In this document: one piece after another, positions 36,881-41,730 of the stretch | Layout of the letters: every line of letters starts with the position of its first letter | Position numbering within the stretch: position 1 is the first letter of the stretch | Assembly: GCA_002633005.1 (NCBI GenBank) | Contig: NMRA01001113.1 | Location: forward strand, 11,910-53,639 | Reading direction: 5' to 3' | Source: Phoronis australis | Lineage: Eukaryota > Animalia > Phoronida | DNA: 41,730 bases | Notes under the pieces: generated by a model | Databases searched by the model: none | The model's input: the letters and a program-made list of their open reading frames with translations, nothing else | Told to the model about the DNA's origin: nothing | Program-made: the position numbers and the translations under genes

Positions 36881-38009
36881 TAATTGCCATTAGCTAAAAA
36901 TGCTCTGTGCGTATTGTTTAATCCAAGGGGCAAACTCCGGTTTCAAGGGCGGACACAAAACCAAATCAAGTTCCCGTAACACAGGTGTGATCACCACGAG
37001 AGGAGGTCAAATCCGTCAGAAGTTAAACACTCCCAATGAAGGATACCTTGCGTGCAGTACAACTGTGCGCCATTTTTCATGTTGTCCCATATATAATTTT
37101 GTGAATCGAGTAACTTTCTTGGATAAACTTTTGTGTATGAACAAATTAAGGCAACCGCAAGACAGCAGTGACCTCAATTAAACAGCTCTGTCTATTCTAG
37201 CATTCATCATCATTATTATTATACCTGCCCTGTCCTCGGTTTCGTTGGGCGTCTGAATATTCAAGTAGGCGTAATAAACAAACCTACACACATTCCTGTA
37301 ATTGGACGGTAGATTAAAACCTGCTAACACTAATCTTATTGAAAAATATCGACTAGATTGTCAAATGGTTGCAATTATGCCATTACTAAAATGTCCAGGA
37401 TTGTCACACAGCCCCTTTCAGACAGCTATACAAGTACGTTCTACGCTTAATTGTGGAGCGCATTTAAAATGGCCGATGATGTCAGCAATAATCCGACAAT
37501 TTACAAAGTTAGCCACGTTTTCAGGAATTTCTTCACCATGGTATTAGTTAGCGCTCGATAAAAGGAAAAAGCAAGACTAAATCATTGCAATATGAAGTCT
37601 TTATAATCGCCATAATCGGAAATTACTACTGTACAATCAGCGATCATCTCGGTAGGCACCGGCTGTCCGGCAGCGAAAATGAGATCCGAAGGATAAAAGC
37701 TCATTTCATAATTAATCTGAAAGTTTCCGTTTCTTAACGAGAACAATATTCCCATAATTTTATCATCAAGCGCTGTTTTTGCCATTCACTCGCAACTTGA
37801 AGGGCAATTTTATTGTCGAGTCTCTATTGAGTGCAGTGTAAAAAAATCCTCGTTTTCTCTACCTTGGTGTATACTACGCTTGAGCGCATTGAAACGCCGT
37901 AAAATGTAACATTTTATGTAATTGTTATAATTTACGTCGAATGCCCTTGGAGAAATGTACCATTGTTACATTTTACGAAAGCGACGTCATATTTCATGAG
38001 TTTCCATCG

Positions 38010-38265
38010 TATTTTTCAAAAGGAGGAAAATGATTGAAACACTTAACGGCTTCTTTCTCGGATTGTACAGTCTTGAAAAACCAGTAGGGATGGAAAAGAT
38101 CCTCTGTCTCATTATCACAGAAAAAGTACACATCATTTGATAAAAGTCTAATGATATGAAGATAAGTATTTGTATTGATAAATCTGCGGAAACAATTTAG
38201 TTTGGTGTCCCGAAATTTTTGGGTACACTTGAAGGTCTTTGGATAGATTTTAATAGTGTAGTTTT
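38010..38265 (-). mobile_element. Decayed LINE (L1/Tx1-type) zf-RVT fragment
   Basis: IKIYPKTFKCTQKFRDTKLNCFRRFINTNTYLHIIRLLSNDVYFFCDNETEDLFHPYWFFKTVQ, a degenerate zf-RVT. Confidence 0.65.
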
Positions 38266-40029
38266 ATGTTTAGAATGTATCCACACTCTACAGAAGATCG
38301 ATTTTCCAACATTTCCGCTGTCACGTCGTGAAAATTTGGTTCACTTTGAAGTCATGACAGTTGACGTTGGAAACGGATTTGCGTATCGTGTCATGCGGTA
38401 ACCTGATGAAACTAGTCTTCCTAATTACAACTAATAGAGAAATTAGTTACAACATTCGTTGTTTTGGATGATCTCTTAACTAAGATTTAAAGACCAGGCA
38501 CCTTTTCACTTTTCAGAAAATTGCTTCTTATTTTTCAAGATTCAGAAAACAAAATTGCAGTCCAAGCAGCTTGCAGCTTTGCTGATTAAGTTCAAAAAAA
38601 TCAAAAAAGCTCGCAACTGGGCACATGTAGTACACATGTGTAAATGATAAAGGAATTCTCATTGCTTGTTTGTGGATGGATTCCACAAGATGGCTCTTTC
38701 CCGGCTTTCAGACGCATCTGTTTCGAGGAGATTTGTTGCATCCAGGGTCGGTTTTATTTACGAATGTGCAAATCTCAATGAGCATGCCCCACACCAGTTC
38801 CTCTCTATTGCATTCTGGGATTGTTTGTATGCCTAGCAGCAGCGTGAGAGTTTCTATACAGAAGAGATTATTATATTTAGCTGCCGTTTTCAATTATTAA
38901 GACTAGAAAAAACATGTTACAAATCCTCAGTATCTTGTTAAAATTATAATTTTAGAAATTTGTACAATCCAAGACACGTGCTTATAGTTTACCTGGCCCC
39001 GGTCTCAACTCATACTCAGACTCACACTTCATACTCACCGCAAGCCAATTTTTAAAGTCCTTCTTACTACGATTCCTGGCAACTGGCGAATGCTAATCCC
39101 ATGTCGACGAGTCATTGCAAGAGTCAAAAGCAGATGTGGGGTGGGGATTGCCGTGATTGATGTGCGTGCGCAACGGCTTGTACGGTTTCCTAAGGAATGT
39201 TAATGAAAACAATTTGCTTCCCTGTCAGATTTCACATACTTAATTAATAGTTAAGTCATCGATAATTCTTCAATCCCCGAATGATATTCCAGATTTTTTT
39301 GCCGATTTATGAGTAGACGTCTCGTCCCGTTCACTGATGATCTCTGAATACTTGCCTATGTAGTGTACTACATGTAGTGTTTTTAACTCACGCGCCAAAT
39401 GTCAGCTAACTTGATACATCCCGGTAAAATGCAAAGATACATGTAGTCTAAGATACAGTATCAAAGTTTTGACATCAGCATACAGTAGGCCTACACGGCA
39501 ATGGGTTCTTCGCAAGAGAGAACAGGGATTGACTAGTAACCAAACACCTGCGGCCCAAATGTCAACTCGAACTTTCGGGCTGACTTGGACAACCGGTTTT
39601 CTAGAAAAGAGGACCACCGCCGGCAATTAAGGTACAAACTTTTGAAATTCGATCTCCGGTCAAAGAAAATGTGCAGTTCTAATTCTCCCTTAAAAATGTT
39701 GGTTGCAGGCCTGTGATATTGTACCCGACTCCCGTACCGGGATCACCGGCCCAACCCTGCATTAACGAAAACGATAATTTCAATATGCTGTCAATCGTTG
39801 GTGTGACCATGCCAATTTTAGTATTAAAGACATATGATCCGCTTGTAGACGTTTTAAAAACATTGTGAATCTGCATAAAAACCATTGAAACATACTCTCT
39901 GACACTTAATTAGCACTTTTCGTAAGTATGGGGTCGATCTGCTGCCTGTACATATTTTTTCTTTTATTTTTTATTTTCTTAAAATCTGCGTGATCAAAAC
40001 AAACGAATGTTGCCCATAATGCTGTGCAG

Positions 40030-40107
40030 TTTGACCTTTCGGCAACTCGAGACAAATAGTCAGCTGTTTCCGGTACTGCTTCGAAGAAGAGAAGTTCGCC
40101 TAACCAG
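40030..40107 (+). promoter_or_regulatory. Possible promoter / non-coding first exon of a plus-strand gene
   Basis: ETS-like TTTCCGG at ~40066 and a good donor ccag|gtaatt at 40107/40108. Confidence 0.3.
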
Positions 40108-40269
40108 GTAATTTATTCGTTTCTTAAACATTTTGATGACGATATTGCTCCCTGTATGAGCTGAACAGTCTAATTATTACTCTTAGAATTAGACGAAACC
40201 ATTACCTGTGGGAAAATTACGTACTGAATTCGATAGTAATCGTTGTGATCGAGTCGAGTCTGCAGTGGT

Positions 40270-40365
40270 ACCCTAGCCAGCCAGCTAGCGGTATCAAAAT
40301 ACAGCTAGGTACCACTGTGTGTTTTTCTTCAATATAGACCCCGAAATTCACACAGCCAGGGTAGT
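40270..40365 (+). repeat. Foldback family A central fragment (similar fragments at ~4380-4595 and ~9625-9725)
   Basis: agccagct...tcaaaatacagctaggtaccactgtgtg matches 1397-1450. Confidence 0.65.
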
Positions 40366-40618
40366 ATATTTAGTATACAGATTTGTACCAAGGCTAGCCC
40401 TAGCCCTAGGCCTATCAATGCTGTGACTGAAAAAGAGTGTAATGTTATTGTGGTTGGATAGACCGTTTGTCACTCGATGGTCGTGAGTTGAATTTCTACA
40501 TGCTGGCAGTTTTCAGACTTTGGACTTGAATTGCAAAACTATTCGTGGTTTTTCATTGCCACAAGAAAGTCATCGTCTATCACCAGGGACTCTATACTCT
40601 ACTTGTATATTGTACTAG

Positions 40619-40940
40619 CAGGGGCACATTGGAGGATTTAAGGGGGGGGGGCCTTGAACAAACCCTGTTTACCGTTTATGTTTTTTTTAGTAATAAGATC
40701 CACAAACCCAAAAATTCGACACCCCCGCATTCCTACATCAGGCTGGGCTCGCGCATGTCGCAAAATTCTGGTTATTCCTGTGCCCTGGCCCCCCTAACTC
40801 AAAATACTGGATTCGCCCCTGGGGCAGATCCAGGATTTTGTGTTGGGGGAACAGGGCAGAGTATTGGCCAGGATTTAGTTCACCAAACATTCAACTGTCA
40901 AATNTAGTCCACTTGAACACAACCCACTGGATCAGCGATG
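40619..40940. mobile_element. Two adjacent hAT-like MITEs of the CAGGGGCGGATCCAGG type
   Basis: CAGGGGCACATT...GGATTCGCCCCTG (40619-40821) and GGGGCAGATCCAGGATTT...CTGGATCAGCGATG (40821-40940). Confidence 0.55.
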
Positions 40941-41730
40941 AATCCTCGGATTAAATGCAAGCAAACTTGGGAAGTGCCGGCAGGCTGGAGCTTGTTGCGA
41001 GAATAGTGAGATCATACAAAACCATGGTTGGGAATGGGATGCAACAAATTTGATGCCTGTTATTCAGTGAAGAAATCTGGTTCTCAAATTGCAGGACACT
41101 GGGAGTGGTCACATCATTACAGAACAATATACTATGTATGGGACCTCCTCAAAGGCAAAAGGTATAAGCCAAAGTTAGATCAGTAGTAGCATTAATAAAG
41201 GTCGAGCAGGTTACATCTTGTACTATCAGTGATATGGTCTAGATTGGGTCAATAAAGGGCTAGGGACAGGAGAAGGTTAATGACAGTGCCTGCTTTTAAT
41301 TAATATACTCTTTCTTGGACTTTGAGTGTGCAACTAGGCCCTAGCAGACTCACTTTATCAAGAACACAATCCATCAGTTTACATGGCAGAGGGCCTAGAG
41401 GGTGCTTCTAAAATCATCTATCCTCCTTGAATGTCAGCTGTTACAGATTTCTAGCATCAGTATTGGCAAGTTAACACAGGAAATAAACTTAATTAGTCTG
41501 GAAAAAGGTAGAACACTGAAGTTTCAATTTCAGGTACACTCATACTTTTGCGAAAATGTGCATCCTATGGAATGTATTGATCAATGTTATCTATGTACTG
41601 CTCAGATTGACATTTTATGTGATTACCATGTTTTTAAAGGTTCACCGTAATGTACATCACCAGTTCACCAACAATAACAATACTCAAGCAACAGAGACAA
41701 CATGATTGGAGTACTGAGCCATGTGCAGAG

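Noticed and set aside
37582-37785. 67-aa minus-strand ORF with ATG
   Set aside because: No recognisable motif or supporting splice signals.

Overview
Eukaryotic, AT-rich (~38% GC by eye), repeat-dense metazoan DNA, probably from a marine invertebrate, with one 613-nt N gap; most ORF-track entries are spurious. Two well-supported protein genes are present. (1) A spliced minus-strand gene (CDS 19973->13125, 7 coding exons, 301 aa) that the ORF track largely misses; it encodes three tandem ZZ-type zinc fingers followed by a C-terminal death effector domain (DED). This unusual architecture is the most interesting item in the window. (2) An intronless class A orphan GPCR (28725-29741, +). There is also a probable first coding exon of a membrane protein (10288->10199, -). 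The rest is a mosaic of decayed mobile elements: several TTAA-target Kolobok-like elements with THAP remnants (some stacked end to end on shared TTAA sites), an internally deleted Academ (AcademX) element with TAG..CTA ends and a TCT TSD, a CAC..GTG TIR element with a possible 5-bp TSD, a foldback repeat family, L1/Tx1-type LINE fragments, a tRNA-derived SINE head, MITEs, two minisatellites and many TACATGTA/TAGGCCTA footprint-like octamers.
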